Source: Desulfarculia bacterium | GTDB lineage: Bacteria > Desulfobacterota > Desulfarculia > G963662305 | DNA length: 64,000 bases | NCBI GenBank assembly: GCA_963662305.1 | Contig: OY759352.1 | Location: forward strand, 349,035 to 413,034 | Direction: 5' to 3' | Notes under the pieces: model-generated | Database searches by the model: none | What the model was told of the DNA's origin: nothing | What the model saw: the letters and a program-made list of their open reading frames with translations, nothing else | In this document: piece after piece, positions 1 through 8,768 of the stretch | Layout of the letters: each line of letters begins with the position of its first letter | How positions within the stretch are numbered: the stretch's first letter is position 1 | Position numbers and translations under genes: made by a program

Positions 1-212
1 GGGCTAAAAAAAGCCCATTTTACAGAGTGGTGGTCGCCGATTCTGAAGCACCCAGGGACGGGAGATTTATCGAGGTTCTGGGAACCTACGACCCCCGCCA
101 GGATCCTGCTGAAGTGAAGATCGATGGAGACCGTTTGGATTATTGGCTCGGCAACGGGGCCCAACCGTCCGACACGGTACGCTCTTTGATCAAGAAAGCA
201 GTGTCTTCCTGA
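1..212 (+). CDS. rpsP: 30S ribosomal protein S16 (5'-truncated at window edge)
   Basis: In-frame translation from nt 3 gives [31 protein letters not shown]..., matching the conserved S16 core; the start lies upstream of the window. Confidence 0.85.
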   Translation, partial: AKKSPFYRVVVADSEAPRDGRFIEVLGTYDPRQDPAEVKIDGDRLDYWLGNGAQPSDTVRSLIKKAVSS

Positions 213-258
213 GGCTTGCCGGGGCTGAAGCGGATCACCGTGGACTCAAGGGGGGAGA

Positions 259-489
259 ATGAAAGAGCTCATCAAGCACATCGCGCAGTCTCTGGTGGAC
301 AACCCCGAACAAGTGGCGGTCTCCGAGATAGAGGGAGAACAAACTTCCGTCCTTGAGCTACGGGTGGCCAAGGAGGATCTCGGCAAGGTCATCGGCAAGC
401 AAGGCCGAACGGCCCGGGCCATGAGAACCATCCTGAGCGCCGCTTCAACCAAGATCAAGAAACGGGCCGTGCTGGAAATAATTGAGTAG
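259..489 (+). CDS. KH-domain RNA-binding protein (YlqC/UPF0109 family)
   Basis: 76 aa with [26 protein letters not shown] (KH GXXG motif); conserved position between rpsP and rimM; purine-rich RBS upstream. Confidence 0.8.
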   Translation: MKELIKHIAQSLVDNPEQVAVSEIEGEQTSVLELRVAKEDLGKVIGKQGRTARAMRTILSAASTKIKKRAVLEIIE

Positions 490-1045
490 GGATTCAATTA
501 AGGAAAACTTTATTGTCCTGGGCGTGGTGATCCAGGCCCATGGCTTAAAAGGAACGATCAGAGTCCGTTCTTTTGCAGAATCGCCCCAAAGTTTCGAGGC
601 GGCCCGGAAAATCCTGCTTAGGCCGGAAAATGGTCCGGAACGCTGGACCGAGGTGGAGTGGACCAAACCCCACCCCAAGGGGGTGCTTCTCAAATTGAAC
701 GGCATTGATACGCCGGAGAAGGCCGGTCTTCTGAAAGGAGCGGAGATCGGAGTAGATCGTTGCGACCTGCCGGATCTCCAGGAGGGGGAGTACTTCTGGG
801 CCGATCTGATCGGCCTGGAGGTTTTGACCAGCGCCGGCCAACTGCTGGGACGGGTGGTCAACATGTTTGAAACCGGGGCCAACGACGTCATGGTGGTCCA
901 GGGCGCCCGGGGAGAGGTCCTCATCCCGGCCGTGGAAGCGGCGGTGGCCGAGGTCGACTTTGAGGCCGGGCGGATAATTTTGGCCGAGTTGGCCGGTCTG
1001 GTCCCGGAAGAGACCGGCGGCGAATCCGAGGAGGAGGCGGTTTGA
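482..1045 (+). CDS. rimM: 16S rRNA processing protein RimM
   Basis: [18 protein letters not shown] (RimM N-terminal beta-barrel) and PRC-like C-terminus; TTG start overlaps the stop of the KH gene. Confidence 0.8.
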   Translation: MSRDSIKENFIVLGVVIQAHGLKGTIRVRSFAESPQSFEAARKILLRPENGPERWTEVEWTKPHPKGVLLKLNGIDTPEKAGLLKGAEIGVDRCDLPDLQEGEYFWADLIGLEVLTSAGQLLGRVVNMFETGANDVMVVQGARGEVLIPAVEAAVAEVDFEAGRIILAELAGLVPEETGGESEEEAV

Positions 1046-1060
1046 CCGTCTCCGCTTTCC

Positions 1061-1786
1061 ATGTTCTTTGAGATACTGACCCTTTTCCCGGAAGCGGTGG
1101 AGGGCTATCTGGAGGCCTCCATCCTGGGACGGGCCCGGAAAGAGGGGCTGGTCAGGGTCGAGGTTACCAATATCCGCGACTTTGCCCTGGACAAACACCA
1201 GGTCACCGACGACCGGCCCTACGGTGGGGGGGACGGAATGCTGATGAAGCCGGAACCCCTGGCCGCAGCCATCCGCCAGGCCCTGCCCGGACGGGTGCTG
1301 CTCACCTCGCCCCGGGGCGGGCCCTTTGATCAGGCTCAGGCCCGGGAACTGACCGGGCTGGACAAGGTCATCCTGGTCTGCGGCCGTTACGAGGGGGTGG
1401 ACCAGCGGGTGATCGACCTCCTGGTGGACCAGGAGATATCCGTGGGCGATTACGTCCTTACCGGAGGCGAGATAGCGGCCCTGGCCATTATCGACGCCAC
1501 AGCCCGGCTCATACCGGGCGTCCTGGGCGGGGACGACTCCAACGCTGAAGACTCCTTCAGCCGGGGCCTTCTGGAGCATCCCCACTACACCAGGCCCAGG
1601 GAGTTCGAGGGCCTGGAGGTTCCGGAGGTGCTGCTCTCGGGAGACCACGCCCGAATCAGGCGCTGGCGGGACCAGGAATCGGTCCGGGTTACCCTGGCCA
1701 ACCGTCCGGAACTTCTGGACAAGGTCGAACTGACCGAGGAAGAGCGGGACTGGGCCCGGGCCATGGGCTGGAAACAGGCGGACTGA
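1061..1786 (+). CDS. trmD: tRNA (guanine37-N1)-methyltransferase TrmD
   Basis: MFFEILTLFPEAVEGYL...DDRPYGGGDGMLMKPEPL...VCGRYEGVDQRV are hallmark TrmD motifs. Confidence 0.92.
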   Translation: MFFEILTLFPEAVEGYLEASILGRARKEGLVRVEVTNIRDFALDKHQVTDDRPYGGGDGMLMKPEPLAAAIRQALPGRVLLTSPRGGPFDQAQARELTGLDKVILVCGRYEGVDQRVIDLLVDQEISVGDYVLTGGEIAALAIIDATARLIPGVLGGDDSNAEDSFSRGLLEHPHYTRPREFEGLEVPEVLLSGDHARIRRWRDQESVRVTLANRPELLDKVELTEEERDWARAMGWKQAD

Positions 1787-2377
1787 ATGGCCGGGCCACG
1801 AGTGGCGGTGGGGCTGGTTCACTATCCGGTGGTGGATAAGAACGGCAGGGAGATAGCCTCGGCCGTAACCCCCACCGACCTGCACGACCTGGCCAGATCC
1901 TCCCGGACCTACGGGGTGGAATCGCTGTGGATCATCACCCCCCTGCGCGACCAGCAGAAGCTGGCTGTGAGGATGATGAGGTTCTGGCAAAAAGGCGTGG
2001 GAGCGGGTTATAATCCCAACCGCGGCCAGGCCCTGGACCTGGTCAGGATCGTGGGCGACCTGGACCAGGCCCTGGCCGGCCAGGTCGGGATTTGGCAAGA
2101 GGAACCTCTGGTCTGGGCCACCAGCGCCAGCCAGGAATTTGATAAGAGGTTGGGGTTTACCCCGGCCAGGGAGATAATCCACCGGAGCAGACCGGTGTTT
2201 TTATTGTTCGGCACAGCCTGGGGCCTGGCCCCGGAAATTGTTGAAAGGTGCGATCGCATTCTGGCGCCGCTTCAAGGGCCCGGAAAATATAATCATCTGT
2301 CCGTTCGCTCGGCGGCGGCTGTTGTCCTGGACAGGCTCTTGGGCCTGTCCGAAGGAGAGGAAGATGAACCCTATTGA
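1787..2377 (+). CDS. Predicted SPOUT-type RNA methyltransferase-like protein (putative)
   Basis: 196-aa ORF starting on the base after the trmD stop; C-terminal ...[18 protein letters not shown] resembles the SPOUT SAM-binding knot motif. Family assignment is from memory and needs HMM confirmation. Confidence 0.45.
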   Translation: MAGPRVAVGLVHYPVVDKNGREIASAVTPTDLHDLARSSRTYGVESLWIITPLRDQQKLAVRMMRFWQKGVGAGYNPNRGQALDLVRIVGDLDQALAGQVGIWQEEPLVWATSASQEFDKRLGFTPAREIIHRSRPVFLLFGTAWGLAPEIVERCDRILAPLQGPGKYNHLSVRSAAAVVLDRLLGLSEGEEDEPY

Positions 2378-2705
2378 ACAACTGGAAATGGAACAGATCA
2401 GGATAGACCATCCTGAATTCAGACCTGGAGACAACGTCAAGGTCCATGTCAAGATCCGAGAAGGCGAAAAGGAACGGATTCAGATCTTCGAGGGGGTCTG
2501 CATTCGCAAGGCCAAAGGCCAGACCGGCGCCTCCTTCACGGTCCGCAAGGTCTCCTATGGAGTGGGAGTGGAGAGGGTTTTCCCGACTCATTCGCCGATC
2601 ATCGACAGGATCGAAGTCACCCGCAGAGGAAAAGTAAGACGTTCCCGGTTGTACTACCTCCGCCAGCGTTCGGGCAAGGCGGCCAGGATCAAGGAACGGA
2701 TGTAA
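2364..2705 (+). CDS. rplS: 50S ribosomal protein L19
   Basis: [49 protein letters not shown]... is a typical L19. Internal ATG at 2364 is preceded by GAAGGAGAGG RBS; the long ORF from 2238 is a 5' extension. Confidence 0.9.
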   Translation: MNPIEQLEMEQIRIDHPEFRPGDNVKVHVKIREGEKERIQIFEGVCIRKAKGQTGASFTVRKVSYGVGVERVFPTHSPIIDRIEVTRRGKVRRSRLYYLRQRSGKAARIKERM

Positions 2706-2713
2706 CCCCGGTC

Positions 2714-3343
2714 GTGGCTGGTCCTGACTGGAGTTTCGAACAGGAAGCGCTTCAGGCCGGACACGGGTATATTGCAGGGGTGGACGAGGCGGGCCGGGGA
2801 CCTTTGGCCGGACCGGTGGTTACGGCGGCGGTGATCCTGCCGTACAATCGAAATATAGACGGGGTCAGGGATTCTAAGAAACTGAGCCACGAGCAACGGC
2901 TCAAGGCCCGGGAAAGAATCCTCAAGGGCGCTTTGACCTTTGCCTGGGGGGCCGCCTCGCCGACCGAGATCGACCGGCTCAACATTCACCGGGCCACTCT
3001 GCTGGCCATGCGCCGGGCCGTTCTGAAACTTCGGCCCGGCCCGGATTATCTTTTGGTTGATGGCAAATTCACCTTGGATCTTCACCCCGGTTACGGACAG
3101 CGGGCTGTGATCAAGGGTGATGATCGCTCGGTTTCCATTGCTGCGGCCTCCATTCTGGCCAAGGTTATGCGGGACGAGATCATGGTCAGGCTGGCCCACT
3201 TCTTCCCCGGCTACGGTCTTGAGCAAAACAAGGGCTATCCCACCAAGGATCACCGGGAGGCCCTGGCCCGGCTGGGGCCCTGCCCGGCCCATCGCCGCTC
3301 CTTCGGCCCGCTCAAACAGATTCAGGGGTGTCTGTTCCCGTGA
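2714..3343 (+). CDS. rnhB: Ribonuclease HII
   Basis: GVDEAGRGPLAGPVV...DSKKLS motifs of RNase HII. Confidence 0.9.
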   Translation: MAGPDWSFEQEALQAGHGYIAGVDEAGRGPLAGPVVTAAVILPYNRNIDGVRDSKKLSHEQRLKARERILKGALTFAWGAASPTEIDRLNIHRATLLAMRRAVLKLRPGPDYLLVDGKFTLDLHPGYGQRAVIKGDDRSVSIAAASILAKVMRDEIMVRLAHFFPGYGLEQNKGYPTKDHREALARLGPCPAHRRSFGPLKQIQGCLFP

Positions 3344-3699
3344 ATAGGCTGGGCCAAGAGGGCGAAGACCTGGCCGTGACCTACTTGGAGAGAGCGGGCT
3401 ATTCCATTTTGGGACGGAACGTTCGCCTTTCCGGCGGGGAGCTGGACGCGGTGGCCAGAGACGGCGAAGTGGTCGTCTTTGTGGAGGTCAAAACCAGATC
3501 CGGCAGCCGGTTCGGCCCCCCCCAGGAAGCGGTCGACCTGGCCAAGCAGAGGCGTCTCACCCGGCTGGCTCAGGAATGGCTCCAGGTTCACGGCCTGAGC
3601 GAGTCCCGGGCCAGGTTCGACGTGGTCTCGATCATGATCGAAAACCGGGGCAAGCCGCTGCTGCGGATCTTCAAGAACGCCTTTGAGGCCGTGTCATGA
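3328..3699 (+). CDS. yraN: YraN-family (UPF0102) endonuclease
   Basis: GEDLAVTYLERAGYSILGRNVR...GELDAVARDGEVVVFVEVKTR, Holliday-junction-resolvase-like fold; conserved neighbour of rnhB. Confidence 0.8.
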   Translation: MSVPVNRLGQEGEDLAVTYLERAGYSILGRNVRLSGGELDAVARDGEVVVFVEVKTRSGSRFGPPQEAVDLAKQRRLTRLAQEWLQVHGLSESRARFDVVSIMIENRGKPLLRIFKNAFEAVS

Positions 3700-4616
3700 G
3701 TTCGACGGCGGTCCCCAGAGGGCGCCTCTATATTCTGGCCACACCCATCGGAAACTTAGGCGACCTGACCCACAGGGCGGCCCAGACCCTGGCCCAGGTG
3801 GACCTGGTGGCTGCCGAGGACACCCGCAGGACCCGGAAGCTGTTGAGCCATCTGGGGATCAAGGTCGAACTGCTGAGCTACCGGGAGCAGAACCGGACCG
3901 TTGCGGGCGACAGAGTTCTGGCCGCTCTGGAAGCGGGCCGGGACGCGGCCCTGGTCAGCGACGCCGGCACCCCGGTGATCTCCGATCCCGGATCGGATCT
4001 AGTGGCCCGGGCCGTGGAGGCCGGCCTAACGGTCGTTCCGATTCCCGGCCCCTCGGCTGTGGCCGCCGCTCTTTCGGTCTCCGGCTTCCAGGCCGACCGC
4101 TACACCTTCGCCGGTTTTCTCCCGGCCAAAACCAAGGCCAGACAGGAATTCCTGAGGGAATTGGCCCCACGCCGGGAACCCCTGGTTTTTTTTGAAGCTC
4201 CCCATCGTCTTGCCAAGTCCCTTGGTGATATACTGTCTGTCATGGGACCGCGCCGAGCCGTGCTTTGCCGGGAGTTGACCAAGATCAACGAGGAGATCGT
4301 CAGGGGCGACCTGGAGGATCTGTCCGGCTGGGCCGCCGGGGCCGACCGGATCAAGGGGGAGATCACCTTGATCCTGGCCGGGGCTCCGGCTGATGCCCGC
4401 CCCGATGATCGGGAGACGGTGCTCCGGGAGTGGCAGGAAGCCAGAACCAAGGGGCTGCCCCCCAGTCAGGCGGCCAAGGAGGTGGCCTCGCGGACAGGGC
4501 TGTCCAGAAGCGAGATCTACCGCCTGGGACTGGGCCATGAACAGCCGGCTCCCCCCTCCCAGGCGGCGAGGTCGAAAGACGGCACAAAAAAGGAACTCGG
4601 ATCCGAAAGGCTAGGC
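3696..4616 (+). CDS. rsmI: 16S rRNA (cytidine1402-2'-O)-methyltransferase RsmI; reading frame continues without a stop into HPr
   Basis: LYILATPIGNLGDLTHRA...AEDTRRT...VSDAGTPVISDPG tetrapyrrole-methylase fold of RsmI. No stop codon before the HPr domain. End coordinate is set at the internal ATG of ptsH. Confidence 0.75.
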
Positions 4617-4904
4617 ATGCAGGATTCCCCGGCAATCTCGTACACCCGGAAATTAACCCTTACCAACACCCGGGGACTGCACGCCCGGTCGGCCACCAGG
4701 ATAATCCAGCTTCTACAGCAGTTTGAATGCAAGGCCTGGTTCGTCAAGAACGGACAGACCGTGGAGGGCGATTCCATCCTCTCCCTGCTGACTTTGAACT
4801 GCCCCCGGGGCTCGGTGGTCGAGGTCCGGGTCGAGGGAAGCCAGGCCGAAGAATGCCTTGATGAGCTGGGGCTTTTATTCGCCCGTAACTTTGACGAGGA
4901 ATAA
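4617..4904 (+). CDS. ptsH: Phosphocarrier protein HPr (in frame with rsmI, no intervening stop)
   Basis: MQDSPAISYTRKLTLTNTRGLHARSATRIIQ...VKNGQTVEGDSILSLLTLNCPRGSVVEVRVEGSQAEE shows the HPr active-site His motif (GLHARSA) and fold; located directly upstream of ptsI. Confidence 0.75.
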   Translation: MQDSPAISYTRKLTLTNTRGLHARSATRIIQLLQQFECKAWFVKNGQTVEGDSILSLLTLNCPRGSVVEVRVEGSQAEECLDELGLLFARNFDEE

Positions 4905-4912
4905 CCCCTTTC

Positions 4913-6676
4913 ATGAAAAAAATATCCGCCACCCCGGCCTCTCCCGGAATAGTAATCGGCAGGGTCTATCACGTCCAACGGACCAAGACCGACGTGGTCT
5001 ACCAGGAGGTGGTCGGTCCGGGACAGGTGGTCGGCCAACTCCATATTCTGGACCAGGCCCTGGCCAAGGCGGAAGAGGAACTGAAACGGATCTGGGACAG
5101 GGTCGAGAAAGAACTTCCCGCCCAGGCGGTCCTCATCGAGGCCCACCTGATGATCCTCCGTGATCCCATGTTTCTGAGCGAAATAAAGAGGATGATCGAG
5201 GATTCCCAGGTCACCGCGGCCTGGGCGGTCATAAGCGTGGCCAAACAGATCGCCGAAAAGTTCTCCGGAATCGACGACCCTTATCTGAGAAGCCGGGTGG
5301 AGGACCTGGAGACGGTCGCCGAGAGGATCGTCAGGTTTATCCAAGGCGAAGAGGATACGCCAGTGGAGGCCATCAGGGAGAGGGCCATCCTCATCGCCCA
5401 TCATCTTTCCCCGGCCGATACAACCCAACTGAACGTGGATCGGGTCATGGGGTTTGTAACCGAGATGGGCGGCCGGACCTCTCACACCGCCATCGTGGCC
5501 CAGGCCCTGGAGCTGCCCGCCGTGGTAGGGCTGGAGCATGCCCTGGAACAGATCCCCAGCGGCTCGGTGATCATCCTGGACGGAACCAAGGGCCGGGTCA
5601 TAGTCGACCCGGACGATGAGCACCTGATCCGCTACGAGGATCTGAGAGCCCGCTACTCGGCCTTTACGGCCGAAATGAAATCCAAATCGGCCCTGCCCGC
5701 CCGGACCGGAGACGGACGTCAACTGACCGTTCTGGCCAATATCGAGCAGCCCGGCGAGGGGCTCTCCGCCCTGGAACAGGGGGCGGAGGGGATCGGCCTT
5801 TTTCGGACCGAATTTCTTTATCTTTCCCAGCCCCAACTGCCCCAAGAGGAGCAACTCTACCAGAACTACCGGGAGGTGGTCCAGGCCATGGAAGGCCGCC
5901 CGGTGACCATCAGGACCCTGGACATCGGGGGGGATAAGTTCGCCCACCACTTCGACCTGGTTCCGGAGATGAACCCGGCCATGGGCCTGCGGGCGGTACG
6001 GTTCTGCCTGAGGCGGGTGGATATCTTCAAGACCCAGCTGCGAGCCATCCTGCGGGCCTCGGCCCTGGGGCCGGTCCGGGTCATGTTCCCCATGATCTCG
6101 GGAGTTCAGGAGTTCCGCCAATGCGTCGCCATTCTGGACCAGTGCAGGGAGGAGCTTACGTCCGAGGGCGGACAATACGACGAAAATTTGCATGTGGGAT
6201 GCATGCTGGAGGTGCCCTCGGCCGTGTTCGTGGCCGATCTCTTGGCCAAGGAGGTTGATTTCGTCTCCATCGGGACCAACGACCTGATCCAATACAGCCT
6301 GGCCATAGACCGGGTCAACGAGTATGTCTCGCACATGTATAAACCCTTTCACCCCGCCATTTTGAGGATGGTGGGCGCCATTCTCAAGGCCGGCGCCGAG
6401 GCCGGCATTCCGGTGGGCATGTGTGGCGAGATGGCGGCCGACCCCTGCGCCGTACCCCTGCTCCTGGGCATGGGTTTGACCGAGGTTTCAGTCAACCCTC
6501 AGGCCGTGCCCCGGGTCAAGCACATTACCCGGATGAGTTCCTGGGCCGAATCGATCCGCCTGGCCGAAAAAGTGCTCCAATTCGAGACAGAGGAGCTGAT
6601 CTCACAGTTTCTGAACCAGGACCTGAACCGGCTCATGCCGGAAACCTTTGGGCCGGACGGCCTGATGCTTTATTGA
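4913..6676 (+). CDS. ptsI: Phosphoenolpyruvate-protein phosphotransferase (PTS Enzyme I)
   Basis: 587 aa; N-terminal GIVIGRV, GGRTSHTAIVA phospho-His domain, C-terminal PEP-utilising TIM barrel (TNDLIQY...GMCGEMA). Confidence 0.92.
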   Translation: MKKISATPASPGIVIGRVYHVQRTKTDVVYQEVVGPGQVVGQLHILDQALAKAEEELKRIWDRVEKELPAQAVLIEAHLMILRDPMFLSEIKRMIEDSQVTAAWAVISVAKQIAEKFSGIDDPYLRSRVEDLETVAERIVRFIQGEEDTPVEAIRERAILIAHHLSPADTTQLNVDRVMGFVTEMGGRTSHTAIVAQALELPAVVGLEHALEQIPSGSVIILDGTKGRVIVDPDDEHLIRYEDLRARYSAFTAEMKSKSALPARTGDGRQLTVLANIEQPGEGLSALEQGAEGIGLFRTEFLYLSQPQLPQEEQLYQNYREVVQAMEGRPVTIRTLDIGGDKFAHHFDLVPEMNPAMGLRAVRFCLRRVDIFKTQLRAILRASALGPVRVMFPMISGVQEFRQCVAILDQCREELTSEGGQYDENLHVGCMLEVPSAVFVADLLAKEVDFVSIGTNDLIQYSLAIDRVNEYVSHMYKPFHPAILRMVGAILKAGAEAGIPVGMCGEMAADPCAVPLLLGMGLTEVSVNPQAVPRVKHITRMSSWAESIRLAEKVLQFETEELISQFLNQDLNRLMPETFGPDGLMLY

Positions 6677-6760
6677 CTAAAGCCCCGGCGCACCGCCCTC
6701 CAGCGGGCCCGTGTATATGCCGCGACGCCGCCCGGCGGCCCCGCGGCCAGGGGATGATCC

Positions 6761-7222
6761 ATGAGCGATAAGATAAAGATGGTGGCCAAAAACAGAAAAG
6801 CCCGCTTTGAATACTCCATCGAGGAGACCCTGGAGGCCGGGATGGTCCTGCAAGGCACGGAGGTAAAATCGTTGCGCCAGGGCCGGGTCAACCTCAAGGA
6901 CGGTTACGCCCGGATCAAGGATGGGGAATTGTGGCTGGAGAACATCAACATCTCTATTTATCCCTTTTCCCACTACGGCAACCACGACCCGGAGCGGTCC
7001 CGCAAACTGCTCCTGCACAAACACGAACTCCGGCGCCTGACCGGGAAAACCGCGGAGCGGGGCTATTCCCTGGTTCCCCTGTCCCTCTATTTCAAAGATG
7101 GGCGGGCCAAGGTTCAGTTGGGCCTGGCCAAGGGCAAAAAGATGCGGGACAAACGCCAGGCCATTAGGGAACGCCAGGAGTCCAGAGAGGTGGAAAGGGC
7201 CCTCAAGAAGGAGTACCGCTGA
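6761..7222 (+). CDS. smpB: SsrA-binding protein SmpB
   Basis: KNRKARFEY...LQGTEVKSLR...LENINISIYPFSHY...LLLHKHE are classic SmpB motifs. Confidence 0.92.
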   Translation: MSDKIKMVAKNRKARFEYSIEETLEAGMVLQGTEVKSLRQGRVNLKDGYARIKDGELWLENINISIYPFSHYGNHDPERSRKLLLHKHELRRLTGKTAERGYSLVPLSLYFKDGRAKVQLGLAKGKKMRDKRQAIRERQESREVERALKKEYR

Positions 7223-7269
7223 CCAGGAGCTGTTGATCAGCTCTCCTGCATGATACCCGGCGCTGGTTT

Positions 7270-8364
7270 GTGGCGGTCCAGGCCTTCCATGATATCATTA
7301 TAGGGGTGACCACCAAGCTCCCCACCAGAAAACTCGGAAACAAGACCGTCCGCCTTCCTTTTGCGTCCTTGACCCATTTCTGTTTTTTCATTTTTTTAGC
7401 TCTCGTCCAGATCCCAATCTTGCCGGAAACTGCTTCGGCGCTAAACCTCATCCCCCTGCTGGACTCCGAACTGGGCAACAGGCCGGGGATGATAAGCTAC
7501 CGTGTGCGCCACCACGACCGGGCAAAAATCCGCCACCAGGACAGCCATCTCGCCAGGACAGACCAAAATATACAGATATTCTGGCCTGTTTTCCGGTCCG
7601 GCAGCAACGAACTCAATCTCTACGGCGGAATCAGCGCCAGGGAGTTTGAGACTGAATTGAGGTTTCCGTCCTCCGAGCGCAAGTTGCCGGACGATCTTTA
7701 CCGTCTCAGCCTGGGGTTCGGTTTTGAGCATATAAACGAACGGGGCTGGCTCTGGAACCTGGTCAACTTCCTCAATTCACCCACCGACAAACCCCTGGCC
7801 AACGGAGACGTAATCGGGATCAACAGCACCCTGGTTTTGCGAATCCCCCACCGGGCCAACAACGCCCTGATCCTGTTTCTCAATTACTCCAGTATCAGGT
7901 CCTCCTTCAAGGGAGTTCCCCTGCCCGGAATAGGCTACTGGTATGAAAGGGGCCAACAGATCAGGACCATGATCGGCCTGCCTTTTGCCCTGGATTGGCG
8001 GCCCGCTCCGAGAGCGAAACTGCTGGTCAACTATATTCCCGTGCGAGACCTCTCGGCCACGTTCAGCTACCAGCTGACGGAGCGGGTGAAGGCCTACCTG
8101 AACTTTGACTGGTCCAGCGATTCCTATCTTCTGGCCGACAGGACGGATATTGACGAAAGGCTCCACTCCTATGAAAAGCGGCTGGGGATCGGCCTTCAGA
8201 TAGCCCTCGCCCGGTTCATCCACCTCGATCTTTCGGCCGGATATGTCTTTGATTCCTATTTTTTCTTTGGAGAAGGTTTTGAGGACCGCGAAAACGACCG
8301 GGTCGACCTTGAGGGCGGTGCGATTTTTTCCGCTTCCCTGAATTTCGGCTTCAAGTGGTGGTAG
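7270..8364 (+). CDS. Hypothetical outer-membrane beta-barrel protein (start uncertain; alternative TTG at 7369 yields a signal peptide)
   Basis: C-terminal ...ASLNFGFKWW (terminal aromatic residues typical of OMP beta-barrels), alternating amphipathic strands; TTG at 7369 would give MTHFCFFIFLALVQIPILPETASA as a signal peptide. Confidence 0.5.
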   Translation: MAVQAFHDIIIGVTTKLPTRKLGNKTVRLPFASLTHFCFFIFLALVQIPILPETASALNLIPLLDSELGNRPGMISYRVRHHDRAKIRHQDSHLARTDQNIQIFWPVFRSGSNELNLYGGISAREFETELRFPSSERKLPDDLYRLSLGFGFEHINERGWLWNLVNFLNSPTDKPLANGDVIGINSTLVLRIPHRANNALILFLNYSSIRSSFKGVPLPGIGYWYERGQQIRTMIGLPFALDWRPAPRAKLLVNYIPVRDLSATFSYQLTERVKAYLNFDWSSDSYLLADRTDIDERLHSYEKRLGIGLQIALARFIHLDLSAGYVFDSYFFFGEGFEDRENDRVDLEGGAIFSASLNFGFKWW

Positions 8365-8419
8365 GCGGATAAACTTCATGGCCGTTTTATAGCGGATGTC
8401 ATAAATCTGTTCCGATTCG

Positions 8420-8458
8420 GCTGCCGGGGGTGTGACCCCGGCAGCACATTTAGCTTTT
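8420..8458. terminator. Intrinsic terminator hairpin between convergent genes
   Basis: GCTGCCGGGG-gtgtga-CCCCGGCAGC perfect 10-bp stem followed by acaTTTagcTTTT; 55 nt after the OMP stop and 29 nt after the stop of the minus-strand MoaD-like gene. Confidence 0.6.
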
Positions 8459-8486
8459 GAACCGGAACGTTATTCTGACAAACACC

Positions 8487-8768
8487 CTAACGGGAAGGCC
8501 GGCCTGGTCCCAGATCCAGGCGGTCTCCGTTGAGCAGGACCGTACTTTTGAACCTGCCCTTTAAGGCCTGCCTAAAAACCTTTTGATCCAGGCCCATCAG
8601 CTTATCGGCCCTTTTGAATAAACCGGCCACGGTCAGCCCTTCCTCCACTTCCAGTCCGGCTTCCTTGACCTGAGGTCCCCGGTCCCCCATGAACGCCGCT
8701 CTGACCCTGATGCGCAATCCCGCCGCCTCTGCCCCTCTGGAAAGCCTTCCGATGCTTCTTTTCCTCAC
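8487..8768 (-). CDS. MoaD/ThiS-like beta-grasp small protein (putative; lacks C-terminal Gly-Gly)
   Basis: 93 aa; LRIRVRAAF...GLEVEEGLTVAGLF...VLLNGDRLDL resembles the MoaD fold; start overlaps the AOR-1 stop by 4 nt; ends GPGRPSR, not GG. Confidence 0.35.
   Translation of the reverse strand: MRKRSIGRLSRGAEAAGLRIRVRAAFMGDRGPQVKEAGLEVEEGLTVAGLFKRADKLMGLDQKVFRQALKGRFKSTVLLNGDRLDLGPGRPSR

Noticed and set aside
545-2182. 545-aa minus-strand ORF covering rimM-trmD-SPOUT region
   Set aside because: Antisense shadow ORF of well-supported plus-strand housekeeping genes; Gly/Pro/Arg-rich, low complexity, no recognisable domain. Typical of high-GC DNA.
3683-4195. 170-aa plus-strand ORF overlapping rsmI in another frame
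   Set aside because: Out-of-frame overlap with a confidently identified gene; extreme Gly/Pro/Arg content.
4517-6352. 611-aa minus-strand ORF opposite ptsI
   Set aside because: Antisense to a clear PTS Enzyme I gene; composition dominated by G/P/R/D/H; no motifs.
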